Shown here: piece after piece, positions 19,485 to 29,501 of the stretch
How the letters are laid out: every line of letters begins with the position of its first letter
Position numbering within the stretch: position 1 is the first letter of the stretch
Source: Candidatus Omnitrophota bacterium
GTDB lineage: Bacteria > Omnitrophota > Gorgyraeia > 2-01-FULL-45-10
Assembly (NCBI GenBank): GCA_028699255.1
Contig: JAQVUX010000002.1
Coordinates: 173,875 to 237,874, forward strand
Length of the DNA: 64,000 nucleotides
Direction: 5' to 3'
Position numbers and translations under genes: made by a program
The notes under the pieces: generated by a model
Databases searched by the model: none
What the model saw: the letters and a program-made list of their open reading frames with translations, nothing else
What the model was told of the DNA's origin: nothing

Positions 19485-20410
19485 TAATGGACTTCATTAA
19501 AGAAAAGTATTCCAATCCCATCAATACCGTAGTGATAGGCGACGGCGCGAACATTATCAAGATAGGCGGCGAATCGACGATGCCGTTTTTATTCGATGAG
19601 GGTACCATGCCGAACGCGCCGGTAGTGGCGCTGGAGATATGGGATTGCGAACCTGCCGATTGGCCGGACCAGCTTAAAGCCTCATATGGCGATTGCATAA
19701 AAGATCCGGTTAAATGGGCGGAAAAGGCCGTAAAAGATTTTGGCGCTAAGGCGCTTTCTTTGCGTTTGCAGAGCGCCCATCCGGATTGGGGGAAGAAGGA
19801 CGCGGGCCATATCGCTTCTTTGGTAAAAACGATAGCAAAGAAAGCGGCCGTTCCGCTCATAATCACCGGTTGCGGCGACGATGAGATCGATAACGACCTT
19901 TTGCCTAAAGTAAGCCAGGCGGTAAAAGGATTGAACTGCCTATTTGGGATCGCGACGCAGAATAATTACAAAACGCTCGCCGCCACGTGCCTGGCGGACG
20001 GGCATTCGATAATAGCCGAATCGCCAATCGATATAAATATCGCCAAGCAGGTTAATATACTTATAACCGATATGGGATTTGACCCGTCCAGGATCGTGAT
20101 GCATCCGACCACGACATCTTTAGGTTACGGCATGGAATACGTATATTCGATAATGGAGCGCGCCCGCCTTGCCGCTTTTATGGGCGACAGAATGCTGGCA
20201 ATGCCGTTCATACTTTTTGTGGGAAGCGAAGCCTGGAAGACGAAAGAGGCGAAGGAATCGACGGTGGGCCAGGGGATCAACTGGGAGCTGGCTACGGCGG
20301 TTCCGATGCTGCAGGCCGGTGCCGATATGCTGGTGATGCGCCATCCGGACGCCGCTAAGGCTATAGCCGTGTACATAGCGCGCGCCATGAATGAAAGGGG
20401 TCAACCGTGA
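19481..20410 (+). CDS. acsD: corrinoid iron-sulfur protein small subunit
   Basis: 309 aa TIM-barrel protein between cooC and acsE; ATGA overlap with cooC. Confidence 0.75.
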   Translation: MIMDFIKEKYSNPINTVVIGDGANIIKIGGESTMPFLFDEGTMPNAPVVALEIWDCEPADWPDQLKASYGDCIKDPVKWAEKAVKDFGAKALSLRLQSAHPDWGKKDAGHIASLVKTIAKKAAVPLIITGCGDDEIDNDLLPKVSQAVKGLNCLFGIATQNNYKTLAATCLADGHSIIAESPIDINIAKQVNILITDMGFDPSRIVMHPTTTSLGYGMEYVYSIMERARLAAFMGDRMLAMPFILFVGSEAWKTKEAKESTVGQGINWELATAVPMLQAGADMLVMRHPDAAKAIAVYIARAMNERGQP

Positions 20411-21195
20411 TAGTGATAGGTGAGCTCATAAACGGGATGTATAAAGATGTGGGTAAGGCGATAGCTAATAGAGAGACTGATGTTATCCAGCATCTGGCTA
20501 CAGATCAGGTGAACTCCGGCGCTTCTGTGCTTGACGTGAATACAGGCCCGTATTCGAAAAATCCAAAGGACGACATGAAGTGGCTCATCGAGGTCATTCA
20601 GGCTGTTGTCCGGGTACCGCTCGCGCTCGACTCCACGAAGGCGGACGTTATCGAGGAGGGTTTGAAACTTGTCTCGAAACGCGCGATAATAAATTCGACG
20701 AGCGCGGATGAGGCGAAGATGGAATCTATATTCGGCCTCGCGAAAAAATATAATACGCAAGTGATAGGGCTCGCTATGGACAAAACCGGCGTCCCGAATT
20801 CGAAAGATAAGAGGCTGGAGCTTGCGGCGGCGATAGTGGCGAAGGCGATGGAGTTCGGTATTAACACCGAGGACTTATTTCTCGACCCGATAGTCCTGCC
20901 GGTAAACGTTGCGCAGGCGCAGGGCCGCGAAGTCCTTGAGTCAATACGGGAGTTCCGCCTCCTGTGCGATCCGCCGCCGAATACGACGATAGGACTGTCG
21001 AATGTGTCGCAGGGCACGAAGTTCCGTCCGCTCGTCAACCGGACGTTCCTCATTATGGCGATAGCGAACGGGCTTACCTCCGCGATACTCGATCCGCTTG
21101 ATAAGGAATTGATGGATGCAATGATCACGGCTGAACTCGTCCTGAATAAGGCGATATATTGCGATTCGTTTTTGGGCGCATACAGAAAAAAATAG
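20407..21195 (+). CDS. acsE: methyl-THF:corrinoid/iron-sulfur protein methyltransferase (pterin-binding domain)
   Basis: 262 aa pterin-binding (DHPS-like) fold: MIVIGELING..., SVLDVNTGP, INSTSAD, GLSNVSQG. Confidence 0.8.
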   Translation: MIVIGELINGMYKDVGKAIANRETDVIQHLATDQVNSGASVLDVNTGPYSKNPKDDMKWLIEVIQAVVRVPLALDSTKADVIEEGLKLVSKRAIINSTSADEAKMESIFGLAKKYNTQVIGLAMDKTGVPNSKDKRLELAAAIVAKAMEFGINTEDLFLDPIVLPVNVAQAQGREVLESIREFRLLCDPPPNTTIGLSNVSQGTKFRPLVNRTFLIMAIANGLTSAILDPLDKELMDAMITAELVLNKAIYCDSFLGAYRKK

Positions 21196-21213
21196 AAAGA
21201 AAGCGGGTGGGCG

Positions 21214-21804
21214 ATGAGACAATGGATGGGATTGACGATAATTGCGATCGTGGCTGTAGCAATGATGGCTACGCTTGCGGGCACGGCTATAGCGTACGAG
21301 GAGCGCTCGTATGAACAGTTGAGCCCGAACGGTAAATACATATTTGTAATGCTCGCAAAATCGCCGGACAAAGAAGGCAGGGTCGATACGCTTAAAGATA
21401 AATATGATCGCTCCGGCCTGTATAAGGCAGGCGAACCGGCAAAGCGCTTTTGGAGCGTGAACTGGTATTCCCCGACCGTGCATATTTCATCGGATGGCGT
21501 TCATTTAGTAAGAATAGGCAGGAAGAGTGTGGTTGCAATAAACGATAAGCCGGATATGGCACAGCTTGCGGTGGCTTTTTACAGTAAAGGCAAGCTTGTG
21601 AAAAAATATACGATCGGCGACCTATGCGGCGATCCTAAAAAACTGGTTCGCGCGCTCGCAGGTTTTCAGTGGCAGAAGCGGATAGCTTTTGACGATGTTT
21701 CTGGGCGGCTCGCGATCAGTCTTGTAACCGGGCAGGATAAAGTGTTTGCCGTGAGATCGGGAAAAATAGTCAAGGCGGACACGCAAAATACGAGGAGACA
21801 ATAA
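21214..21804 (+). CDS. hypothetical secreted protein
   Basis: 196 aa, signal-like N-terminus LTIIAIVAVAMMATLAGTAIA; no known motif. Confidence 0.45.
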   Translation: MRQWMGLTIIAIVAVAMMATLAGTAIAYEERSYEQLSPNGKYIFVMLAKSPDKEGRVDTLKDKYDRSGLYKAGEPAKRFWSVNWYSPTVHISSDGVHLVRIGRKSVVAINDKPDMAQLAVAFYSKGKLVKKYTIGDLCGDPKKLVRALAGFQWQKRIAFDDVSGRLAISLVTGQDKVFAVRSGKIVKADTQNTRRQ

Positions 21805-22646
21805 TGGAACGCAGGAAGATAATGATAACAGATCTTCAAAATAAAAAAATCGAAGGTAAGAAGATAACGATGTTGACCGCTTACGACTATCCGATGGCGC
21901 GGCTTGTCGATGAGGCGGGTATCGATGTGATACTCGTCGGCGATTCGCTCGGCATGGTCGTGCTGGGGTACGATTCTACCGTACCCGTTACGATGGATGA
22001 GATGATACATCATTCGAAAGCGGTCAGGCGCGGTACGAAATACGCGTTTTTAGTCGGCGATATGCCGTTCATGTCTTATCAGGTCTCGAAGGAGGAGGCG
22101 GTCAGGAACGCGGGCCGTTTTATGAAAGAGGCGCTCTGCGATGCCGTAAAGCTCGAGGGTGGCGATGAAGTGATCGATGCTACTATAGCGATAGTAAATG
22201 CGGGTATCCCGGTGCTGGGGCACATAGGGCTCACGCCGCAGACGATATCGAAACTGGGCGGGTTTAAGATCCAGGGAAAGACAGCCCACGACGCCAAAAA
22301 CCTCGTTGATCAGGCGATTAAACTTGAGAGGGCGGGGTGTTTCGGTATCGTCCTCGAATGCGTGCCGGAACTGGTGGGGAAATTGGTTGCGGAAAAAGTC
22401 AGGATACCGGTTATCGGCATAGGCGCCGGCAAACATTGCGACGGGCAGGTTCTTGTAGTGAACGACATGGTCGGGCTTTTTGACAGATTCGTTCCGAAGT
22501 TCGTAAAACAGTATGTAAAGCTCTCCCACTCGATCCTGGAAGGATTAAAGAAATACAAAGAAGAGGTAGAACGCGGCGCGTTCCCGGCCGCGGAGCACAC
22601 GTTCACCATCAAAGAAGAAGAAATAAAAAAACTGAAAAAAATATAA
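21804..22646 (+). CDS. panB: 3-methyl-2-oxobutanoate hydroxymethyltransferase
   Basis: 280 aa; KITMLTAYDYPMARL and GDSLGMVVLGYDST are PanB signatures. Confidence 0.9.
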   Translation: MERRKIMITDLQNKKIEGKKITMLTAYDYPMARLVDEAGIDVILVGDSLGMVVLGYDSTVPVTMDEMIHHSKAVRRGTKYAFLVGDMPFMSYQVSKEEAVRNAGRFMKEALCDAVKLEGGDEVIDATIAIVNAGIPVLGHIGLTPQTISKLGGFKIQGKTAHDAKNLVDQAIKLERAGCFGIVLECVPELVGKLVAEKVRIPVIGIGAGKHCDGQVLVVNDMVGLFDRFVPKFVKQYVKLSHSILEGLKKYKEEVERGAFPAAEHTFTIKEEEIKKLKKI

Positions 22647-22667
22647 GTAATACCTGAGAGGTGGCGG

Positions 22668-23627
22668 ATGAAGATAGCGATCGTAGGGCCGGGCGCCCTG
22701 GGATGTCTTATAGCCGGTCACGTAAAGAATAAAACTAAAGAAGACGTCTGGTTATGTGATAATTCCAAAGAGCGCGCCATGCGCATAAAGGACAGCGGTA
22801 TTAAAATAGAGGGTTTAAGCGGCAGTCACCAGGTGCGGGTGAATATTACATCCGATCCGAAAGAGATAGGCATATGCGATTTTGTTTTAATATGCGTGAA
22901 GAGTTATTCGACGGAAGACGCCTGCAAGGATATTAAAGAGATGGTCGGTGAGAAGACATTCGTCGTGACCTTGCAGAACGGTATAGGTAATGTCCAGATA
23001 CTAAACGATTATTTCGGGCCCGAGAGAGTGATAGCCGGAATAACCAATCACGGCGCGACCTTAATATCCGACGGACGTGTCAGGCACGCCGGCAAAGGAG
23101 AGACGATCATAGGTAAGGCGGATGGTAAGCTGTCGGGAAGTTTGCGCAGTCTGCAGGAGGTTCTGAATAAGGCAGGTTTTGAGACGAAGATATCGAAAGA
23201 TATCGATTCGGTGATATGGGGCAAGCTTATAATAAACGTAGGGATAAACGCGCTCACCGCGGTAACGCGCTTGAATAACGGCCGGGTGACGGAATATGAA
23301 GAGGCGCGTTCCATCCTGCGCGGCGCTGTGCAGGAAGCGGCGAAGGTCGTAAAGCGCAAGCGGATAAAACTCGCATACGACGATCCGATACAGAAGGTGG
23401 AATCGGTTTGCAAGGCTACGTTCGCTAATTGCTCGAGCATGTTGCAGGATGTATTGAATAAAAAGAGGACGGAGATCGATTTTATAAACGGGGCGGTGGT
23501 CAGACAGGGCAAGGCGCTCGGCATAGCCACTCCGGTAAATGAAGTATTGACGAATTTAGTGAAGACGATAGAGGCCAGTTATGATAAGTCGTTGGCCGGC
23601 GGTGGTACGGGCGGTAAGGTTTTATAA
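22668..23627 (+). CDS. panE: 2-dehydropantoate 2-reductase
   Basis: 319 aa; N-terminal Rossmann MKIAIVGPGALG and ApbA/PanE C-terminal domain. Confidence 0.8.
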   Translation: MKIAIVGPGALGCLIAGHVKNKTKEDVWLCDNSKERAMRIKDSGIKIEGLSGSHQVRVNITSDPKEIGICDFVLICVKSYSTEDACKDIKEMVGEKTFVVTLQNGIGNVQILNDYFGPERVIAGITNHGATLISDGRVRHAGKGETIIGKADGKLSGSLRSLQEVLNKAGFETKISKDIDSVIWGKLIINVGINALTAVTRLNNGRVTEYEEARSILRGAVQEAAKVVKRKRIKLAYDDPIQKVESVCKATFANCSSMLQDVLNKKRTEIDFINGAVVRQGKALGIATPVNEVLTNLVKTIEASYDKSLAGGGTGGKVL

Positions 23628-23641
23628 CGGAGGCATTTTCC

Positions 23642-24442
23642 ATGTTGATGATAATAGGTGAACGTATAAATTCCACGAAAGAAAAAATTAAGGAAGCGAT
23701 AAAAGCCAGGGATGCCGCATTTATCGCTTCCGAAGCGCGCGCGCAGGTCGACGCCGGAGCCGATTATGTCGACGTCAATTGCGCGGTGACTGCCGGCAAC
23801 GAACTGCAGGATATGGACTGGGTTATAAGCGTCGTGCAGAGCGAAGTGCAGGATGCGGGTATCTGCATCGACAGCCCCAACTATCTTGCGATCGAGACGG
23901 CCTTGAAGGCGCATCGGTCAAATGGGCCGGTTATGATCAATTCCATAAGCGGCGACGAGGCGAGGATAAAGTCGATATTACCGCTCGCGATAAAATACGA
24001 TGCCAGGCTCATAGCTCTTACGATGGACGCTAAAGGCATGCCGCATACCGTCCGGGAAAGATATGAGGCGGCCGCGAAGATATATGAACGCGTCAAACGC
24101 GAAGGGTTTAATATCGATAATCTGTATTTCGATCCTCTTATAAGGCCGATAGCCACAGAGCCGGATCAGGCGGTCGAGTTTTTAAGTTCGATACCGCTCA
24201 TAAAAGAGTTGGGCGCGAAGACGATATGCGGGCTGTCGAACGTCTCCTACGGACTGCCGAACAGGCGGCTGGTCAACGCGACGTTCTTATCCATGGCGAT
24301 ATATGCGGGCCTTGATGCCGCGATCCTCGATCCGCTCGATAAACATGTTATATCCGGCATACGCGCATCACAGGCTCTCGCGTGTAAAGACGAGTACTGC
24401 GCCGAATATATCAGGGCCTTCAGGGAAGGTAAACTCATATAA
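23642..24442 (+). CDS. second pterin-binding-domain methyltransferase (AcsE/MtrH-like paralog)
   Basis: 266 aa with the same fold signature as acsE (MIIGERINST, YVDVNCA, INSISGD, GLSNVSYGLP). Confidence 0.7.
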   Translation: MLMIIGERINSTKEKIKEAIKARDAAFIASEARAQVDAGADYVDVNCAVTAGNELQDMDWVISVVQSEVQDAGICIDSPNYLAIETALKAHRSNGPVMINSISGDEARIKSILPLAIKYDARLIALTMDAKGMPHTVRERYEAAAKIYERVKREGFNIDNLYFDPLIRPIATEPDQAVEFLSSIPLIKELGAKTICGLSNVSYGLPNRRLVNATFLSMAIYAGLDAAILDPLDKHVISGIRASQALACKDEYCAEYIRAFREGKLI

Positions 24443-24445
24443 TAG

Positions 24446-26584
24446 ATGAATATTTTACAGATTCTGCCATCACTGGATGTCGGAGGGGTTGAGACGGGAA
24501 CGATCGACCTCGCGAAGTACCTTACTCTTCGCGGCCACAAAGCCGTTACCGTCTCCAGCGGAGGGCGGCTCGTCCGGGAGCTCGACTCTATCGGCGCGCG
24601 CCATTACAGTCTGCCCGTCGATAAAAAATCCCTCATCAGCATTATAATGATGATAAAAGAAGTCCGCGAGATAATCCGCCGGGAAGATATTGAAGTGATC
24701 CATGCCCGTTCGCGTGTCCCGGCGCTCATCGCGTATTTCGCGGCAAAAATGTCCGGGCGTGCTTTTATAACCACCGCCCACGGATATTACAAGAAACATC
24801 TTATGAGCGAGGCTATGGGGTGGGGCAAGTACGTTATAGTCGCTTCAAACATAATGGCAAAACACATGGCGGGTAATTTTAACGTGCCGCACGACCGCAT
24901 TCGGCTTATACCGCGCGGGGTGGACCTGGAAAAATTCCGCTTCAGGGATCCATCTACGCATAGTCGGGAATGGTTTGTAGTAGGGATGGTCTCGAGGATA
25001 ACGCCCCTTAAAGGCCACTCGGATTTTATAAAAGCCATATCCATATTGAGCCGTCAAATACCACGACTTAAGGTGGTGATAGTGGGCGCCGCGCCGAAAG
25101 AGAAATATAAAGAAGACTTAGAGCTTCTCATCCGCCGCCTCGGCCTTGTCAATACGATACAGTTTTTACCGGCAACGCAGGATGTGCCGGGTATAATGAA
25201 GAGCCTGGATGTGCTCGTCTCCGCGACGATAACCCCGGAAGCTTTCGGACGGGTTATTATAGAAGCCCAGGCTGTCGGTGTGCCGGTGGTAGCTACGAGG
25301 GTGGGTGGTGTGGTCGATATAATTGAGGATAGGGTCAACGGACTTCTTTCGACGCCCCAGGACCCTAAAGACATGGCCGAGAAGATACAGGAACTTTACA
25401 AAGACATTAATTTACGTTCGCGCCTTGCGATCGAAGCGCGTAAACGCGTGGAAGAGCAATTTAATCTGCCGAAGATGATGGAGAGGACTCTTGCCGTATA
25501 TGAAGAGGCTGTCGAAAGTCTGAATATCCTTGTCATAAAAATGAGCGCGATAGGGGACGTTATTTTAAGTGTCCCATCCCTGAAGGCTATACGCGCAAAA
25601 TATCCGAAGGCCAATATAAAAGTTCTCGTCGGACTGCAATCGAGGGAGGTTCTCGACAGGTGTCCGTATATCAACGATAGGATCGTGTGTGATCTTAGGG
25701 GAAGGCACCGCGGCCTTGTCGGATTGTGGCGTCTCGGTAAAGAATTGCGCAGGTCGTGTTTCGATATCGCGATAGACCTGCAGAATAACAAAGTGAGTCA
25801 TATTCTGGCCGCCCTGAGTTTTGCGCCACTGCGCTATGGTTATGACAATAAAAAATTCTCGTTCTTTTTGAACAGGCGTATTAAAGACGACGCGCCGCAC
25901 CTCGATCCTATAGAACATCAATTCAGAACCCTCAAGCTTGCCGGAATGAAGCCGCAGGATAAGTGTCTCGAGCTTTGGCCGTCAGAGGAGGATGAGAAGT
26001 GTGTCGAGCGACTGCTTGCCGATAGCTGGATAAAACCCTCGATGGGACTTGTGGGGATAAATGTCAGGGCGTCCGAACGCTGGGTTACCAAGAATTGGCC
26101 GATTGCCAATATCGCGCTCTTATGCGATCGCTTGGCCAAAGAATACAATATGCGCTGTGTCCTTACCGGTACTGAGGGAGATGCTGATTTTGCGCAGGCG
26201 ATAGCGAAGGCCTCGAAATCGAAGCCGCTCGTCGCCGCGGGCAAGACCACTATACTCGAGCTCGCCGCGCTTATCAGGCGTTTCAAAGTATATCTGACGC
26301 CCGACTCCGCGCCGCTACATATAGCGTCGTGCGTCGGCACGCCCTGCGTTGCGCTTTTCGGGCCGACGGATCCCCTCCGGCATATGGTACCATCGGGATT
26401 ATGTATTGCCGTAACTAAGAAAAACGAACTTAGATGTAGTCCGTGTTATAAGCCGAGTTGCGTAAAAGATTTTGCCTGCATGAAGATGATAACGGTGGAT
26501 GATGTTCTCGCGGCCATGCGGCCGTATCTTGGCCAGGCGCCTTCCGGTGAAATGGCCAGCGCCGAGGGAGAAGGTGCCGGATGA
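24446..26584 (+). CDS. bifunctional glycosyltransferase: N-terminal GT4 fused to C-terminal GT9 (heptosyltransferase-like)
   Basis: 712 aa; residues 1-340 are GT4-like; residues ~350-700 (ILVIKMSAIGDVILSVPSLKAIRAKYP ... LTPDSAPLHIA) are GT9-like. Confidence 0.75.
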   Translation: MNILQILPSLDVGGVETGTIDLAKYLTLRGHKAVTVSSGGRLVRELDSIGARHYSLPVDKKSLISIIMMIKEVREIIRREDIEVIHARSRVPALIAYFAAKMSGRAFITTAHGYYKKHLMSEAMGWGKYVIVASNIMAKHMAGNFNVPHDRIRLIPRGVDLEKFRFRDPSTHSREWFVVGMVSRITPLKGHSDFIKAISILSRQIPRLKVVIVGAAPKEKYKEDLELLIRRLGLVNTIQFLPATQDVPGIMKSLDVLVSATITPEAFGRVIIEAQAVGVPVVATRVGGVVDIIEDRVNGLLSTPQDPKDMAEKIQELYKDINLRSRLAIEARKRVEEQFNLPKMMERTLAVYEEAVESLNILVIKMSAIGDVILSVPSLKAIRAKYPKANIKVLVGLQSREVLDRCPYINDRIVCDLRGRHRGLVGLWRLGKELRRSCFDIAIDLQNNKVSHILAALSFAPLRYGYDNKKFSFFLNRRIKDDAPHLDPIEHQFRTLKLAGMKPQDKCLELWPSEEDEKCVERLLADSWIKPSMGLVGINVRASERWVTKNWPIANIALLCDRLAKEYNMRCVLTGTEGDADFAQAIAKASKSKPLVAAGKTTILELAALIRRFKVYLTPDSAPLHIASCVGTPCVALFGPTDPLRHMVPSGLCIAVTKKNELRCSPCYKPSCVKDFACMKMITVDDVLAAMRPYLGQAPSGEMASAEGEGAG

Positions 26585-27678
26585 AAGTTCTGCAGGTAAC
26601 CACGCACATCAATATAGGCGGGATAACCAACTACATCCTTATTCTGTCACAGACACTTAAGGCTAAAGGCGTGGATGCGGTCATTGTCTCGAGCGGCGGC
26701 GGCATGAAAGATGAATTTTGCGCGTCGGGCATACGGCATATTCCGCTCGACATAAAAACAAAGTTTGAATTCGGGCCAAAGGTGATCGGCGCCGCATTCT
26801 GTCTGGCGAATATAATCCGGCGGGAGAAGGTCGATATTGTTCATGCCCATACCAGGGTTTCTCAGGTCGCCTCGGCGCTGGCGTCACGGATGACGGGGGT
26901 GCCGTATATAACGACCTGTCACGGATATTTTAAACTTCGTTCCCGGAAAATATTCGATACCTGGGGATCTAAGGTTATAGCTATAAGCGAAGCCGTAGAG
27001 AAACATCTAAGGAATGACCTGGGAGTTGAGGCGGACAGGGTAGAACTTATTTACAGCGGGGTTGATGCCCGAAGGTTTGGCCGAACGTTTCCTGAAGCGG
27101 AAAAGATCGCCTTAAGGAAGGCTTTGGGCCTTAAGGATGGCCCTGTTATCGGTTCGATCGGGAGGCTTTCTCCCGTGAAGGGGCACAGGTATCTCATCGA
27201 GGCGATGGCCGGAATCCTGGCTTCGCGGTCTAACGCGCAATGCATTATAGTGGGTGACGGTCCCGAGGAAAATTCGCTTAAATCGCTGGCCGAGGGCCTG
27301 GGCCTGGGCGAGGATGTGCATTTCATTCCATCCTGTTCCGACACGGCGAAGTTATTGTCTATAATGGATGTATTCGTGTTCCCGTCCGTGAAAGAGGGGC
27401 TGGGTATAGCGCTATTGGAGGCGATGGCCGCCGGATGTGCCTGCGTGGCATCCGAAGCGGGAGGGATAATCGATATTATCGGGGATCCTTCTGCCGGTAC
27501 ACTTACGCCCGTTGGCAACGCGGGCGCTATAAGCAAAGCCGTAATAACGCTCATTGACAACGAACGGTTGCGTAAAGATATGGGTACGGCGGCGAGAAAG
27601 CTTGTATCGGAAAAATTTTCGCTTGACGTTATGGGCGATAAAGTTATACAGTCGTACAAAAAGGTATTAGGATGCTGA
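26581..27678 (+). CDS. GT4 family glycosyltransferase
   Basis: 365 aa GT-B/GT4 pattern (EGLGIALLEAMAAGCACVAS). Confidence 0.8.
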   Translation: MKVLQVTTHINIGGITNYILILSQTLKAKGVDAVIVSSGGGMKDEFCASGIRHIPLDIKTKFEFGPKVIGAAFCLANIIRREKVDIVHAHTRVSQVASALASRMTGVPYITTCHGYFKLRSRKIFDTWGSKVIAISEAVEKHLRNDLGVEADRVELIYSGVDARRFGRTFPEAEKIALRKALGLKDGPVIGSIGRLSPVKGHRYLIEAMAGILASRSNAQCIIVGDGPEENSLKSLAEGLGLGEDVHFIPSCSDTAKLLSIMDVFVFPSVKEGLGIALLEAMAAGCACVASEAGGIIDIIGDPSAGTLTPVGNAGAISKAVITLIDNERLRKDMGTAARKLVSEKFSLDVMGDKVIQSYKKVLGC

Positions 27679-28451
27679 AGAATAGAAAAAAAATAATAAT
27701 TATTTTGTCCGCCATAGCCGTTATTTTGGCGGGCATAGTGGTATTTATTGTAAACGAAACAACCTACATCGTCCCTGTGCTCATGTATCATTCTATCGAT
27801 TATGATGACGAGACAAGCAAGCTCTCCGTCTCTCCAAAAGAATTTGCCAGGCAAATGGAGTTTTTAAGGAAAAACAATTATAATATCGTTCCGGTTGAAA
27901 AGGCCGCTTACTATATATCGAAGAAAGCGAAGCCGCCATCAAAGACGATAGCCGTAACTTTCGACGACGGTTTTGAGAATAATTATCTTTATGCCTATCC
28001 TGTTCTTAAGAAGTATGATATTCCGGCGACGATATATGTAATAATCAATAGGGTGGGCGCTCCGGATTTCTTGAACTGGACGGAAATAAAGGAGATGTCC
28101 GATTCCGGGATTGTAACCATAGGTAGCCATACAAAATCGCACATCTGGCTTTTAGAGTCGGATGAGCAATTCCTTAAAGATGAATTGGACGGATCGCGTA
28201 AGACGCTGGAAGAAAAACTTGGTAAGAAGGCGGGGCTTTTTTGTTATCCTATGGGTGCCTTCGATGCGGTTTCCAAGAAAGCGGTTGAGAAGGCCGGATA
28301 CACCTGCGCGGTAGCGACGAACCCAAAAGGTGTATTGCCGGAAGATGTGTATGCTATAAAACGTATCAAGATATCCCGCTCGTCCTATAATCTATTTATA
28401 TTTTGGGGGGAAACTACCAGGATTTATACCTGGTTTAAGCGGGTCAGATAA
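27672..28451 (+). CDS. polysaccharide deacetylase (NodB family), membrane-anchored
   Basis: 259 aa; N-terminal TM; TFDDGFENNY and H-x-x-SH motifs. Confidence 0.75.
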   Translation: MLKNRKKIIIILSAIAVILAGIVVFIVNETTYIVPVLMYHSIDYDDETSKLSVSPKEFARQMEFLRKNNYNIVPVEKAAYYISKKAKPPSKTIAVTFDDGFENNYLYAYPVLKKYDIPATIYVIINRVGAPDFLNWTEIKEMSDSGIVTIGSHTKSHIWLLESDEQFLKDELDGSRKTLEEKLGKKAGLFCYPMGAFDAVSKKAVEKAGYTCAVATNPKGVLPEDVYAIKRIKISRSSYNLFIFWGETTRIYTWFKRVR

Positions 28452-28478
28452 GGTAAGTGGCTAAAGAGCGCTACTAAT

Positions 28479-29495
28479 ATGAAAAAAATACTCATAGTAA
28501 ATGTCAACTGGATAGGCGACACACTTTTTGCTACGCCTTTTTTGCGCGCGGTAAGAGATGCTCACCCTGACAGTTATATCGCATGTCTTACTCATCCCAG
28601 ATGTGTCGAAATGCTTGACCTGAATCCGTGCCTTAACGAAATCATAATATACGACGAAGAGGGCGTTCACCGCACATTGGCCGGGAAGCTTAAGCTTATA
28701 ACGGGATTGCGGAAGAAACATTTCGATACGGCCTTTCTCCTTCACAGGTCTTTTACCAAAGCGCTGATAGTTTTTTTGGCCGACATAAAAGAGCGCATAG
28801 GTTATCCGACAAAAAGGCGCGGCGCGCTCCTTACGAAAACGGTTGAAGAGCCGTCCGAAGAGATGCATAAAGTGGAGTATTTTCTCGACATAGCCAGGGC
28901 CTGCGGTCTGGCTGTTAATAGCATGGCGTATGAATTCTTCGTGGACGATTCGCACAGAAAGTTTATCGACGGGTTTTTGCGCCAGGCCGGCGTTCGGGAT
29001 ACCGACAGGATAGCGGTTTTGTGCCCTGGCGGAAACTGGGCTCCGAAGCGTTGGTCATGTAAGAGTTTTGCGAGGGTAGCGGACGCTTTAGTCAGTCGAT
29101 ACGCCTGCCGCATAATTATATCAGGCGCGGCGAAAGACGCGAGACTGGCCGCCGATATAAAAGGTATGATGACCTCCGAGGCGATCGTCATTGCCGGAAA
29201 GACCACGCTAAAACAGCTCGGCGCCCTGTTCGCGCGCTCAAGCCTCGTCGTGGCCAATGATACCGGCACCATGCATATGGCGGTTGCCATGAACGCGCCG
29301 ACCATCGCGCTTTTCGGTCCGACTTCTCCCGCTTTAACCGGGCCGTACGGCACCGGCAGGTATAAGGTAATTTTTAAGAACGAAACTTGCGATATACCAT
29401 GTTACGATTTTACATGCACTGATAACCGTTGCATGGCGGCAATAAAAGTAGAAGATGTTTTAAAAGAGGCCGAGTCGATACTGGCTCAAAAGTAA
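28479..29495 (+). CDS. GT9 glycosyltransferase (LPS heptosyltransferase family)
   Basis: 338 aa; ILIVNVNWIGDTLFATP N-terminus and NDTGTMHMAVAMNAPTIALFGPT C-terminal motif. Confidence 0.8.
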   Translation: MKKILIVNVNWIGDTLFATPFLRAVRDAHPDSYIACLTHPRCVEMLDLNPCLNEIIIYDEEGVHRTLAGKLKLITGLRKKHFDTAFLLHRSFTKALIVFLADIKERIGYPTKRRGALLTKTVEEPSEEMHKVEYFLDIARACGLAVNSMAYEFFVDDSHRKFIDGFLRQAGVRDTDRIAVLCPGGNWAPKRWSCKSFARVADALVSRYACRIIISGAAKDARLAADIKGMMTSEAIVIAGKTTLKQLGALFARSSLVVANDTGTMHMAVAMNAPTIALFGPTSPALTGPYGTGRYKVIFKNETCDIPCYDFTCTDNRCMAAIKVEDVLKEAESILAQK

Positions 29496-29501
29496 AATTT
29501 T

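Noticed and set aside
20598-21371. 257-aa minus-strand ORF
   Set aside because: Antisense to acsE and the following hypothetical; no motifs. Shadow ORF.
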